Both the position numbers and the translations under genes were made by a program. The notes below the pieces were generated by a model, which made no database searches, had not been told where the DNA came from, and worked only from the letters and a program-made list of their open reading frames with translations. A DNA stretch of 61,461 nucleotides, filler included. It is 13 parts of 13 records of this genome, joined end to end, with 100 filler letters (N's around TTAATTAATTAA, not from the genome) between each part and the next. Parts side by side here need not be neighbours in the genome. Positions count along the whole stretch, not along the records: positions 9,967 to 15,897 come from SRR7504441_11912; positions 15,998 to 25,257 come from SRR7504441_11915; 11 more parts are not named here. One strand, 5' to 3'. Shown piece by piece: positions 9,980 through 21,900 of the stretch; positions within the stretch are counted from its first letter, which is position 1, and the number at the start of each line of letters is the position of its first letter.

Positions 9980-11779
9980 ATGGCACCAATGGCACCATCG
10001 GCGTGTGTGCTGGGTCTGTTGGCAGTAGTGTGTCAGCCGGTCTGGACCGCCGAGTGGGTGGAGGGCCGGCTGTTCCGCACACAGTTTGGGCTGTGCGATC
10101 CGACCAACGCGAGCTCCCTGCTGCTCAGCAACCCCGAGGTCCGCGAGACGATCGGGCAGGCCCAGCGGCGGAGCGGAATGCTGCCGCTGCTCAAACGGCT
10201 CACCGACAACGGGCACACCGCTCGGCTCGAGCTGTCACTCTTCATGCGCGGGCTGGACGGGCCCGGGTCCTCGCAGGACCTCCCACAGTGGCAGCGGCTG
10301 CTCACGGACAGCGCCGACCCGCAGATCGGGAACATGCCCAAGACTCCGACCATCGCCTCCATGTTCAAGCTCCACCTGAGGTTCACGGTCTCGGCCGGCC
10401 CCACCAGCGTGCGGTACGTGGCCAGGCAGTACGGTCTGGACCACACCTGGACCGAATCGCCCCAGGCCGGCTCCGGACTCTCTCAGTGGCAGGCGCCCGG
10501 GTTCGTTATGCTCGGGCTGCTCGGCTGGTCCGGGATGCGGCTCGAGCTCGAGCTGATGCAGGTGGCCACGATGGCCAAGGAGGGTGGGATGGGCTCCTCA
10601 GGCGCGTTCAACGCAGGCTTGATGGCCGGCGGTTCGATGCTCACTGGTGCCGGGCTAAGCGAGGCTGACATCCTGGCGCTCGGCACAAAGCTCGAAAACT
10701 CCGAGTTCGGCGGCCTCACCGGCGGCCAAGAGCTGCTCTCATCCCTGCTGGGCGGCAGTTACTTGCATCTGTGGCTGCTCGGACTGACTGGCCGGTACGA
10801 CGCCTTCAGCATCCCGCTGGGTGGCCGACCGGCGGTCGAGGCGCTGGCGGCGCACGCGCTCTACCTTCAGGCGGGCAAGGCGTTTGCGGATGGCAAGCCC
10901 GTGGTTGTGCGGGCTGCCAGTGCGGTGAACACCATGTGGACCGACCTGCTGGTTGATCGGGACCCCAAAGTGGAGCCAGTGCTGGCCCGAATGAAGCAAC
11001 TGGCCGGGCAGTTTGCGCTGGCGATCAAGGAGCAAAGTGTGGCCCCGATGGTGAGCCACGTGAACGAGTTTGTGGCCTTGAGGATCCAGATGGGTCAACG
11101 GTGGCTCCAGCTTCTCGCTGAAGCCACTGTTGCGCTTAACCAGCTACTCGCCCCAGACCAGCTCGAAGTGGGCGCTCTGGACAAGCTCAGCTCGGACCAG
11201 CGGGCAGGCCTCGCGAAGCGTCTGGGTTCGGTCGGGATGGCGCGTGCGGGGGTAGGCTATGCTCTCAAGGTGTGGGTAAAGGACAGCCCTAGTTACGCCG
11301 AGTTTGGGGCAGTACGCACACTCTGGCTGCAGTGCGATGGCCAGCCCGAAGGGCTGAGCAAGCGGGACCTTTACGTGTCACCAGAGGCCCAAAGGCTGCG
11401 CGCAGCGGCTGCGAGTGACATTGCGATCATGCCGCTCGGCGCTGGAGGCCCAGGGGCTAACATGATCGTTTTGACCTCAAACTCGGGCGGGAGGGACTAT
11501 CTGGAGGCTTTCCTAGCGGAGAACGGAATCGGCCGGCTGCAGGAGGAGGAGGTGCTCAAAATTGTGAGTGGGAGCGGGCTGCTCCAAGGTTGGATGCCAT
11601 TTACTGGAGCCCCGACAGGATGGAACGCCACAGTGCAGCTGAGCACACCGAATGGCGACTCTGAGCTGGTAGAGGAAGTCCGGGCCCGGCTGGAGGGCGC
11701 AAAGCCCAAACCGCCGGCTCAGGCGTGGTATGATACGAGCACTGGCGAGATAGCACTCGAACTGCCGCAGGAGCACTAA
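9980..11779 (+). CDS. GHMP-family sugar kinase-like protein with predicted signal peptide
   Basis: Intronless 599-aa ORF. GHMP ATP loop EGGMGSSGA, LENSEFGGLTGGQE and C-terminal PLGAGGPG motif. Hydrophobic N-terminus CVLGLLAVVC. Confidence 0.7.
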   Translation: MAPMAPSACVLGLLAVVCQPVWTAEWVEGRLFRTQFGLCDPTNASSLLLSNPEVRETIGQAQRRSGMLPLLKRLTDNGHTARLELSLFMRGLDGPGSSQDLPQWQRLLTDSADPQIGNMPKTPTIASMFKLHLRFTVSAGPTSVRYVARQYGLDHTWTESPQAGSGLSQWQAPGFVMLGLLGWSGMRLELELMQVATMAKEGGMGSSGAFNAGLMAGGSMLTGAGLSEADILALGTKLENSEFGGLTGGQELLSSLLGGSYLHLWLLGLTGRYDAFSIPLGGRPAVEALAAHALYLQAGKAFADGKPVVVRAASAVNTMWTDLLVDRDPKVEPVLARMKQLAGQFALAIKEQSVAPMVSHVNEFVALRIQMGQRWLQLLAEATVALNQLLAPDQLEVGALDKLSSDQRAGLAKRLGSVGMARAGVGYALKVWVKDSPSYAEFGAVRTLWLQCDGQPEGLSKRDLYVSPEAQRLRAAAASDIAIMPLGAGGPGANMIVLTSNSGGRDYLEAFLAENGIGRLQEEEVLKIVSGSGLLQGWMPFTGAPTGWNATVQLSTPNGDSELVEEVRARLEGAKPKPPAQAWYDTSTGEIALELPQEH

Positions 11780-12089
11780 CTGATGCCATTGAGATGGCAC
11801 TGCAATCGTCAATCGTCACTGACAAGTCTTGCCAATTACTTGCCTACTACTTGCAAATTTAACAACTCCGCTCAGATAACTTTCAGCATCATTGTAATTA
11901 CATTGTAATTATCACGTAAACAAATTAGTAAAAAATGCTGCAGATTTATCATAAAATATTGATTCAGAACGGTGGCTGATTCTATCCGATCTAGACTGAA
12001 GGCTTCTCGCTAGTAAAGCTTGCCGGTCAAAGCGGAGCTTTTAAGCGGAGCGCAGAACTCTAGATTCACTAGAATGCTTCTATAGATTG

Positions 12090-15000
12090 CTAGAGCGAGT
12101 GTGGATGGTCTGCGAGCTCCTCGTCTTGTGCACTCTCGTCCCAGCTAGTCTCGTACGTGATAGTCCCGATTTTATGCCGTGGTAGCATGTGTGACGGATC
12201 CGAATAGTGTTCCGAACGGATCAAGTCCATGCTGTGTATCTCGGGTGGCCGGTTGTTGAAGTCCACTTGCATGGTCGCCCTACACACTGCACAAGACTAA
12301 ACCACGGACCCAAATCAAGAGCTTGCCTTCGATGGTGCGTATGCCAGGAACCTCGTGGTACACGATCAGGTTGACCTCCACTTGACGGATCTGAGTCAGC
12401 CGAAACTTCATGGGCTTTCTGCCCATCCTAAAAGTGTGCACTCTCTCGCTGAGCACAGTAAAGTCGCCCGATCCAGTGTGGCTGCACAAAAACCCGTCTT
12501 GAGCGCACACCCAGTCGCCCGCAACTAACCTGGAGTGGGATGTGGAAGTGGCCGAGTCTGTGCGAGACACCAGCTTCTTGATCACGCGCCCGGTGTGCGG
12601 GTTGCTGATTTCCTGCTTGATCTCCACCTGACAGAAGATGTGGTCCCGGAACAGAGGCAAAGTGCTGATCGATGTCAATGTTATACTCGGCACGTTGATT
12701 GTCAGCTCCGCATTGGACTGCTCTATACTCTCTGCTGCCATCTCGAAGTCAAAGTCATCTTCCGGTCCACTGACATGTAAAGGTCAAAATCTCTCACATC
12801 TCAACAGGGGAGTGGGTGACTGTAGGCACTAAAAGCTCTCAGGCGGAGCTACCTTCGCTTATCGCCCGTGCCTTGCAGGGTTGTATGGAACTCGGACTTG
12901 ATCATGTCGAGGTAGCTGTCGTCCAAGTGCCGCTCTTGTCGAATGAAGGTTCGATCGTCCAGAGAAGCATAAAGCTCTACATAAGCCTGCCCAGACCAGT
13001 GACCAGGCAGCATCTGGTGGCTGGCTCACCTGATGCCTCTCGCCCTGGTATCGGTCAGCTTCAGAGTCTTTCGCGTCAGATAAGACCACCTGTACAGGGA
13101 GCGTTCAGCTGATTGTTCGAAACTATGGCAGATAGCCAGGTAGCATATGCATCAGAGTCACCCTGTTCTCTATCGAATGGGCCGCACGGAGAACCTCGCA
13201 CTGGCTGGCACGCAGCACCGACATCTCGGCCTTCATCCGGCTGTGCATCGACTTGATGTTCCTGTATGTTTCCTGCCCCGCCAAGTAGCGTCAGACAGTA
13301 GCTAGACCGGTCCGCACATTCAGCATCTGGTACTCCGACATCTCATAGAGGGTGATGCCCTCGGAAGGCTGCATCTGATCCAGCCATGTTGTCAGGCTCA
13401 CCCAGGCCTCTGTCGCCAGCTTGCTGATCAGAACTTCGCTCCTCTTCTTGGCGACACTGTTAGCATTGGCGTTCACCACTGAAAGGCCCATGACTTGTTC
13501 GATCAAATGCCGGAAGTCGGAACGTGACAGAGTGACCTCCGAGTATGCATCCGACTTTTTGGTCTCTGCCTCGCAGTTGGTGATCATCTGGGTTATCACT
13601 GGAGCGCTAAAAGCAAGGATGGCTCCGAGCTGCAGACTCACAAGTTACAGTCGGCCAAGACCAGTTTCAGACCTCAGGAGGGTCCGGGGTGTAGACGCCG
13701 GTCAACGCATAGAAGAAAATGTCCTTCATGTACACGCAAAATCTCCCACACATCGCGCCCGCCCCTAGCTTCTGAATGGCTCCTTCCCCTAACGACTTGA
13801 CATAAGCGGCCTCCTCCTTGATCAACTCCTGAAGAGTTCCCCTGCAAGGCAGACACTCAGCATCCGAGTCCAGGTCGATTCACACCCGCGATCCTTTGGC
13901 CGCGTCTTCCGGCGAACGTCAAAAAGCGAGTTTGCAATCACACCAATGAACATGTTCATCAGGATCAATGTCATGATCATCAGGAACGAGTAAAAGTAAA
14001 TTGGGCCCATGTACTTGTTCAGAAATTGGAGCTCCTGCACTTTAACGTGCCCAAACAGCATACCAACTTGGACTCCCATTGTCTTACCAAAGGTGCAGAA
14101 ATTCTCAGCCTCCGAGCCTGCAACAAATCAAGGCTGCTGGGCCCCAGCCAGAGTCCACACCGAAAACGATGTGCGCAGCTACAGCAAATGCAATGAACAC
14201 AGAGAAGAAGAGCACCATAAAAGCCATCAGATCTCCAAACTGACCCAATCAAGCTCAATGTATCGAGCAAGCCCAGAGCTCACCGCGCCAGCAATCGAAG
14301 CACACATAAGGGTGAGTTTCTTGGAGTAATACAAGAACCGAGCAAACTTGAAGAGCGAGAGAAAAGCCGTCACCCCGTAGGTATAAAGTGCCACCCTGCA
14401 GGCAGGCTCATGAGTATCATCGGGGCTTAGCGACCTGGATGCGTAAGCTGTGTCCCCCAGTGAGACTATGTTGCCCATTGACGCATCGGGCTGAGTATCC
14501 TGGCTATCGGCGCTCATGATAAATAATGCGCTGGTGACAAGCGTAATATACCAGCTTAACAAGAACAGATACTCGTACCAGCCCCAATACGCTTGCTCTG
14601 CCATCACTCCTTTAAATACAGTCCAAGCGTCATCGCAAAAGCCCATCTTATGCACGTCCTTGCCGTTCAACCTCAGTCGGAGATGTGAGAGCCTGCTCTG
14701 CCATTGGACATACTTGACCACCTCGCGAGCTTGTCGGATCGAATAAAAGTAAACTCCAAACACAACCACAAACCAGACAAACAGCCGAAAAGACCAGTCT
14801 GAATTATCAGACGGCTTGACAGTGAAGCTGGTAACCCGGTAGGTCGGGTAGATGGCCCCGCTCGGGGAGAACTCAACCATGATAGTCCCGTACATATACT
14901 TGTCATAGCCAGGGTTGTACAGGTTAACAGCAATGATCACCACCCGAGTGGCGTCGTCCACCCAGGTGCCAGTGCCTCCGGCATTTTGGAGAGTGGCGGC

Positions 15001-15720
15001 TACAGTGCTCCAGGTGGTGGTTGCGTCCAGCGTGAAGAACACCGGATACCCACCATTCCTATATTCTTGAATGTTTGCATTCTGGAGTGGCAGCACGCCG
15101 TACAATGTGTGTGATCCTGTGTCCGAGTGGTAGATATACGTCGAGACCACCCCCGTGGAGCTCGTAATGCTGAAGGCGCTTTCACTCTCGGAATTTTCAG
15201 TAAGCAGCCCGTAGCAGTTGACGGTGCTGTCGTTGTCGCTACAATCGGTATTCGGCTTCACTCGTTGTTGTCGCATCATCACCGAGCCCTGGACGATATT
15301 GTACTTGTGGACCTTGCAAACCGAGCCGGTGCAGTCGGCCCCGAGGTTGGCCAGGAACGGATTGGAGAGCCAGGCCCAGAAGTCGGCCACATTTTGTATT
15401 TGCTTAAATCTCTGGCACGGGTACTGAGTCGAGCCGAACGGCGGGCTGATGAAGGCTTCGGAGAACATGTTCTGCAGGTCCCAGTCGGCCGGGATGTTGG
15501 AGAAGTAGAACACGGCCAGCAGCACGAACACCATGAACAGCGAGTACCCCAGGCAGTCCTCGCGGGTCTGGAGGATCTTCTGTTCCTCCTTCACGTGCTT
15601 CAGCCACCGCTTGGCGTCGGCAGCACCGACCTCGTCCCCCGGCAAGTGGCTCTGGCCAGCCGTGCCCCGACGGAGCCGAGAGAGCGGCACCGTGGCCGAG
15701 GCCGGCGGCACGTACGACAT
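12090..15720 (-). CDS. Polycystin-2 (PKD2/TRPP)-like cation channel with long C-terminal extension (spliced)
   Basis: TOP-domain motifs (F..I.NVADFWAWL, MMRQQRVK, WVDDATRVVII..NLYNP, VEFSPSGAI), TM helices, and S6 GPIYFYSFLMIMTLILMNMFIGVI. Short introns join the ORFs down to the stop at 12090. The C-terminal exons are less certain. Confidence 0.8.
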
Positions 15721-15997
15721 TAGACGTAAAACACGGCCACCCCCCCACCCCGGTCCTGCCTGCGGGTCCAAGTCCGCTGGGATCCGTTGGGGAGTGACAC
15801 TATGGGCGAGATGAGGAAGGCAGGAGGCCCCTGAAAAATGTTATGGTTCATATGGGTCCGCACTATACGGCTGTAGGTGCCCGAAGCCCCGGAAACTNNN
15901 NNNNNNNNNNNNNNNNNNNNNNNNNNNNNNNNNNNNNNNNNTTAATTAATTAANNNNNNNNNNNNNNNNNNNNNNNNNNNNNNNNNNNNNNNNNNNN

Positions 15998-18900
15998 ACT
16001 GCAGAGGCCCCCGAGTCGATCCCGCAGCCCCAGACTGGCAGGCAGCCCCGGCGGGCAGCGAGAAAGATTCAAAGCTATGCCGATGCCGACGATGACGACG
16101 ATGAGGACGATGCCGTCAATGAAGACGACGAGGACGACGAGTTCTCAGACATGAGTGACTCCGAGGAGGAAGAAGAGGACGACGAAGAGCTGTCCGAGGC
16201 CTCGGATGAAGACTTGCCCGAGCAGACCGACGAGGAGAGCGAGGACTCCTCGGTAGATGGCGGGAAGAAGCGCAAGAAGCCAGCGAAAGAGGCAGCCAAG
16301 AGCAAGCCGCCCCCGAGGAAGCCACCGCCCAAGAAATCAAAGCACAAGCCCACGCGTAAGCCGGCAAGCAAACCGCGCGCAAAGAAGCCGGAGACTGACG
16401 CGGCCGGGAGTGGGAGGCCGCAGGGAATGAAGGCGGTGTACCAGGAGGGCCTGGACCTGCCGATTATTGCCCATCCGCAGTTGATGTTTGATGACATGAT
16501 CAGCAAGGTGCGCCGGCGCGGCTTGCGGTCCTGAGCCAGGACTAGGTGCCCGAATTGGGAGCGTTTGCTCAAGCCCTGGCTGCACACGGCAAGCAGGGCA
16601 GCCTGCGGGCAAGTGCGCGGCGCGGGGCCGGTCTCATGCGGGGCTGCAGGTGGCCACAATGTGCTCCGGCACTGAATCGCCGCTGCTTGCGCTGCACATG
16701 ATTTGCCAGTCGTGCCAGGATCTGCACGGAGTAGCCCCTGTGATCGAGCACGTTTTTAGCTGCGAAATTGAGCCGTTCAAGCAAGCATACATCGAGCGCA
16801 ACTTTGCCCCGCCGATCCTGTTCAGGGACATCCGTGAGCTCGGGAACAAGTACGCTACCACTGCTTATGGCAGGTTGGTGGAAGTGCCTGGTGGGATCGA
16901 TATTCTGGTGGCCGGGACCAGCTGTGTAGACTACTCCAACCTGAATAACGAGAAGAAGACTATTGACGGCAAAGGCGAGTCCGGGCAGACATTCCGCGGG
17001 ATGATGCAATGGGTGAAGCAGTACCAGCCTCCGATTGTGATCCTCGAGAATGTGTCGGGCGCCCCGTGGGACAAGAAGGTTGAGATCTTTGAGACTGAGC
17101 TGGGCTACCACGCCGACTTTATTCGGCTGGACACCAAGCACTACTACATCCCACAGACCCGGCAGCGCGGCTACCTGCTCGCAGTGCGGCAGGACCGTTG
17201 CAAGCCAGAAGTGGTAGCCAATTGGAAACAGAGGCTGGTGGAGCTCCGCCGGCCCTGTTCTGCCGCGCTCGATGCCTTCATGTTTGCGAATCACGATGTC
17301 CGCGTGCTCAAGGGCCGGGAGCGCTTGTCGGCCGAAGATGGTGAGAGCGGATCTGGCAGAGTGGACTGGGGCAAGTGCGAGAGTCGACATCTGTTTGCTC
17401 GGTCGAGTGAGCATCTGGGCGACAAGCGGCCGCTGACCGGCTGGTCGGACGCGGGCAACACCACGATGCCGGACTGGGCGTGGAACGACTGGGTTAACTC
17501 TCAGGCGAGTCATTCATCCGAGAGTTTTGACTGACGGCTCGATGTTGCAGGTGCATAGGATCCACGATTTGATGGACATTAACATGCTGCGGCTGGCCAA
17601 AGACGGCGTTGACGGCACCTACAAGACAATGGTCTGTCGCGTCGGCTGCCGGTGGTAGATTTGGCTGTGCAGGTGTGGAACCTGAGTCAGAATGTCGACC
17701 GGGACACGATGGGCAAGCTCGGGCTGTGCATGTGTCTGACTCCCACCGGAGTGCCATATGTGGCCAACAGGGGCGGGCCGCTGGTGGGCGAGGAGCTGCT
17801 GCTGTTGCAAGGGATTCCAGCAGACGATCTGCTGCTCACAAGAGAAACTGAGAAGCAGCTCAAAGATCTAGCAGGCAACGCGATGAGCACCACAGTGGTT
17901 GGGGCGGCTCTGCTCTGTGCTCTGATTGAAGCTGGGCACGAGGCACTCAGGCCACAGAAACCTTCCAGCAAAGCGGCCGCACAGGTTGGGGCACAGGCCG
18001 GGGCCAACATGGACCTGGTTCCTCGAGCGCTGGCACCCGATCCTGGCGAGATCCAGGTGGACACCAGCCAAGCCAAATCAACCACCGATCTAGATCTGAA
18101 AGCCGATCTGCGTACCCCACTGAAAGAGCTTCTTCGGAAAGCCAACATGTCAGCATGCCGTTGTGTGACTGAAGGGCGGTACGACCTCTCAGAAGACCTG
18201 CTGGAGTGTGTGGACTGTGGGCACACGTGCAGCCAAGACCAAGCATTCCCTCCCCGCAAGTTTGAGGAGCACAACTACCAGCCATTCAGTCAGCCCAGGC
18301 TGCTTCCCAAGGAGTTTGAGCTCTTGCTGCAGAGAGTCCTGCCAATGCGTGTGGAGCTGTCCAACTTCAATCCCCGGACACAGATCAAAACAAGTCCGGG
18401 GATGGACAGTGAGCTGTGGGAGAGCTGGCTGACTGCACTTGAATCGGTGCTGTCTCACGACGGCAAGCCTACGGTCTGGCAGTATGCTGGGCAGGAGCGT
18501 GGTACCGTCTGGACAGTGCTCTACGATGCCCCTGGGGGCAGCTTGAGGTTGCTGCTGGACCAGGCTGCCCCGCGCTGGCAGCTGAGCGTGGACCCGCCAC
18601 CAGAGCGAGGAGCGCTGAGGAGAGCATTGGAGAGGTCTGTGGCCGAGATGAAATTGGACCCAAAGAAACCTCTGCTGGCTGGTGATTGGTTGGTGCGACT
18701 GCCAGAGGCCAAGGAGTTGCAGATGACTGTAACTGGTGGGGGAGATCTAGTGGAAAGCTGGGAAGCCAGGATTGGGCTCAAAGGGAAGTTTGATGGGAGC
18801 AAACGTTGGTCTGAGCTCCAAGTGAGTTGCCCCGAGATGCCAGATGTAGATGGCACCTATTCCCTGCTCCAAAAGTGTGGTGGGGCATTGGGATCGCTAC

Positions 18901-21900
18901 ACGCTCGCAAAAAAAGTTCAGACACACGCCAACCAATGTTCTTGCTCATCGAGAGTGGCCGTTGCTCTGGCGCAGATGATGATGGCTACGTGTTTGCAAC
19001 AAGCTGCCAGAGAATTGGGTACAGGGAGAGTAGAGATGAGATGCTGTCTGCAGATCCATCTTGGAGACCGCTGCCTGAGAGCGACCCACAGACTGTGCAG
19101 TGCACCTCGCATGCCAACTGGCAAAAGACTCCTGCAAAACTCCTCAACGTGGAGAATCAAAAGGCATCTGTGAGCACTCCTGATCAGCGCATTGAGCTCG
19201 ACATGACTGGCTCGGAGAGCTGGAAGTCAGCTCCAGCAGTTCTCAATTGCAAAGTTCCTCTATTGCGTGCTGATTCCAAGCTCTGGGGCGAATGCACTTC
19301 GACAAAGGCAGAGAATTGGTTGAAATTGAATCTGCACAAGTCCAAAGCTGTCTTTCAGCAGCTTTCGTGGTTTACTAGTCGGCTGGCTCTCCCTTCCTCG
19401 CTGCAAGATTGGTCCATCATCGAAAAGGGCGATGACAGCATTGCCATCAGCTGCGAGCGCTGTGCGCCTCAAATGCCATCAGTGGTTTGGAAGGTCGTCA
19501 CTGTCAAAGGTAAGGAGAAGTATGTACCTGTGGAAGATGCACATGAGGCAGCTCGTTTCGAGCATGCTTTGAAGCAGCGACCAGGGGCATTCACGGTGCA
19601 GCTTCGTGCTCTTGAATCGAAATCCAAGTCAGAAAGTTCAATCAATGGCGAGCTGCGAGTTGTGTGCAACGCAGTCAGTTTGGTCCATCGTGCAAACAGC
19701 TGCCTCAGTAAGATGAGTGTGGCCAGAGCAGCCTTTGGAATGTCCAAAGCAAGCAAGGATGAGCAGATTGTGTTCGACTGGCGCATTGTTGAGCATGACG
19801 ACATGACTCGCATGCCTGTGTTCGAGCCTCTTGTGCTGGTCAGCAACAAAAAGGACAAGCCAGCTAAACAGCCTCCCAACTTTTCCCGTTTCAAACTGCG
19901 ACCTGAGCAGTTGAGGAGTCTGCACTGGATGTTGCAGCAGGAATCAAGCACCACTGCCTTTCCAGAGGAGGAAGTTGCAGAAGAGGTGTTGCCTTCCTTG
20001 CAATGGCGAGCCGAGGCCAGGGTGCGGCGCCCAGTGCTCGTTCGGGGTGGAATCATTGCTGACCAAGTGGGCTACGGCAAAACAGCCATAACTCTCGGAC
20101 TGATAGATGCCTCAAGGGGGAAAGAGATTGAATTTGATGTTCCAGAGCAGTACGCCAGATCCAGTATTCCAACTAAAGCGACCCTGGTGGTAGTACCGCA
20201 ACATCTGATGGGTCAGTGGCCGTCTGAAATCGAGAAATTCTTGGACGATTCTCTTGAAGTGGTGGCTCTCAAGACAATGCAAGACTTCAACAATCTAACT
20301 GTGCAACAAGTGGTCGACGCCGATGTAGTCATTGCAAACTTCACGGTAACAATGCCGTGGCCATGCTGGGTCTGAATTTATTTTGCAGGTGCTCCAATCC
20401 GAGTTATATCTTGAGCGCCTGGCAAGACTGGGTGGGGCAAACGGCGGAGCATTCCCTGCAGGCAAGACAGGGGGTCGACATTTCAATGCAGTATATGCTG
20501 CCTGTCTGGACGGGCTAGCTGATCTCCTCGAGATTCTGAAGGCCAAGAGTGGTGGGGCAAAGCAGGCACGTAGCGAGATGGACAATAGGATCAAACAGCA
20601 CAAAGAAGACGAGCAGGAAGCTAGGATAAGTGGTCTAGCCATTCGCTTAGATGGCAAGAAGAGCGTGTACAAAAGCGTTGAGGAAGAGATGGCACAGGAG
20701 GAGCGCCGGCCCAAGCTGGAAGGCAAGGCTCCAAAAAAACAGTCCAAAGGCAAAGCAAAGACAGATGATCCTTGGGGTCTTGGTAGCAAAGGTGTTGAAA
20801 AGGACTGGCACGCCATGAAGTGCCCTCCCCTCGAGGCGTTCTTCTGGTCGCGCCTAGTGGTGGACGAGTTCCACTACCTGAATGACAAAGCAGACCGGGC
20901 TCGAGTGCTTTCAGTTGTGTCGAAAGGCTTGAAAGCCAGCTGCCGATGGGCTCTATCAGGGACCACGCCCCATCAGGACTTCGAGGACGTCGCTTATCTC
21001 GCTCAGCTTCTAGGTGTTCACCTCGGTGTAGATGACCCAAGTAACTCAAAGAGCAATGCCCGCAAGGTTCTGCCACGATACACGCTGCCCATGAATTGTT
21101 GTTGTGTTTTAGGTTGCGGCAGAGAACAGGGAAAAGACAGCCTTGGAGTTGTTCAGCAATATGCTCACAATGCACTCGCCGCAGTGGCACTTGCGGCGTC
21201 ACGAGATGGCACAGACTTTCTTGCATCAGTTTGTCCGACAGAACGTGGCCGAGATCGATGAGATCCCGTGGGAGGAGCACATAGAGAAGATTGTGCTGCC
21301 TCCTGCTGAGCGCGCAATCTACCTCGAAATGGAGACGCACCTTCGAGCTCTCGAGATGAACAAGAAAATGGCCATGAAAAGCAAGAAGGCCAGCACTAGC
21401 GATCGCGAGGCTCGTATCAGAGAGGTGTGCTCTAGTTGCAAACAAGGTGTGAGATCTGTTTTGAAGGTACTTGAAGACTCTGCTGATCCGGAGGAAGCTC
21501 TACTGAAGCGTTGTGCGCACTTTGACTTGTCGTCTGATTCCAATGATAGTGCCCTGGAGGTGATTTTTAAACTCAGGTTTGGACTGATGCTTTTCTTTTA
21601 GGTGTGCCTGAAGATTATCAAGCTGCGGGAAAGACAGAAGCAGCAATGTGTTGCAGATCTGGAGACTCAGATCTGTTCAGCATTCCAGCAACATGCTAGA
21701 ATCCTTAATACTGATCCGGACTGGACTGGTCACAGCGATATTGGCGATGTGGAGGACCGGCTGGCTGTCTATATCACAGATGTGGAAAACCAACAGAGCG
21801 TCAACGGGGGAGCGGATACAGAGGTGCATGGAACTATACTTGAGATTTTCAATAAAGCAAAGAAACGAGCTGAAAAAGAAGGACCTAAGGGAGGAGATTC

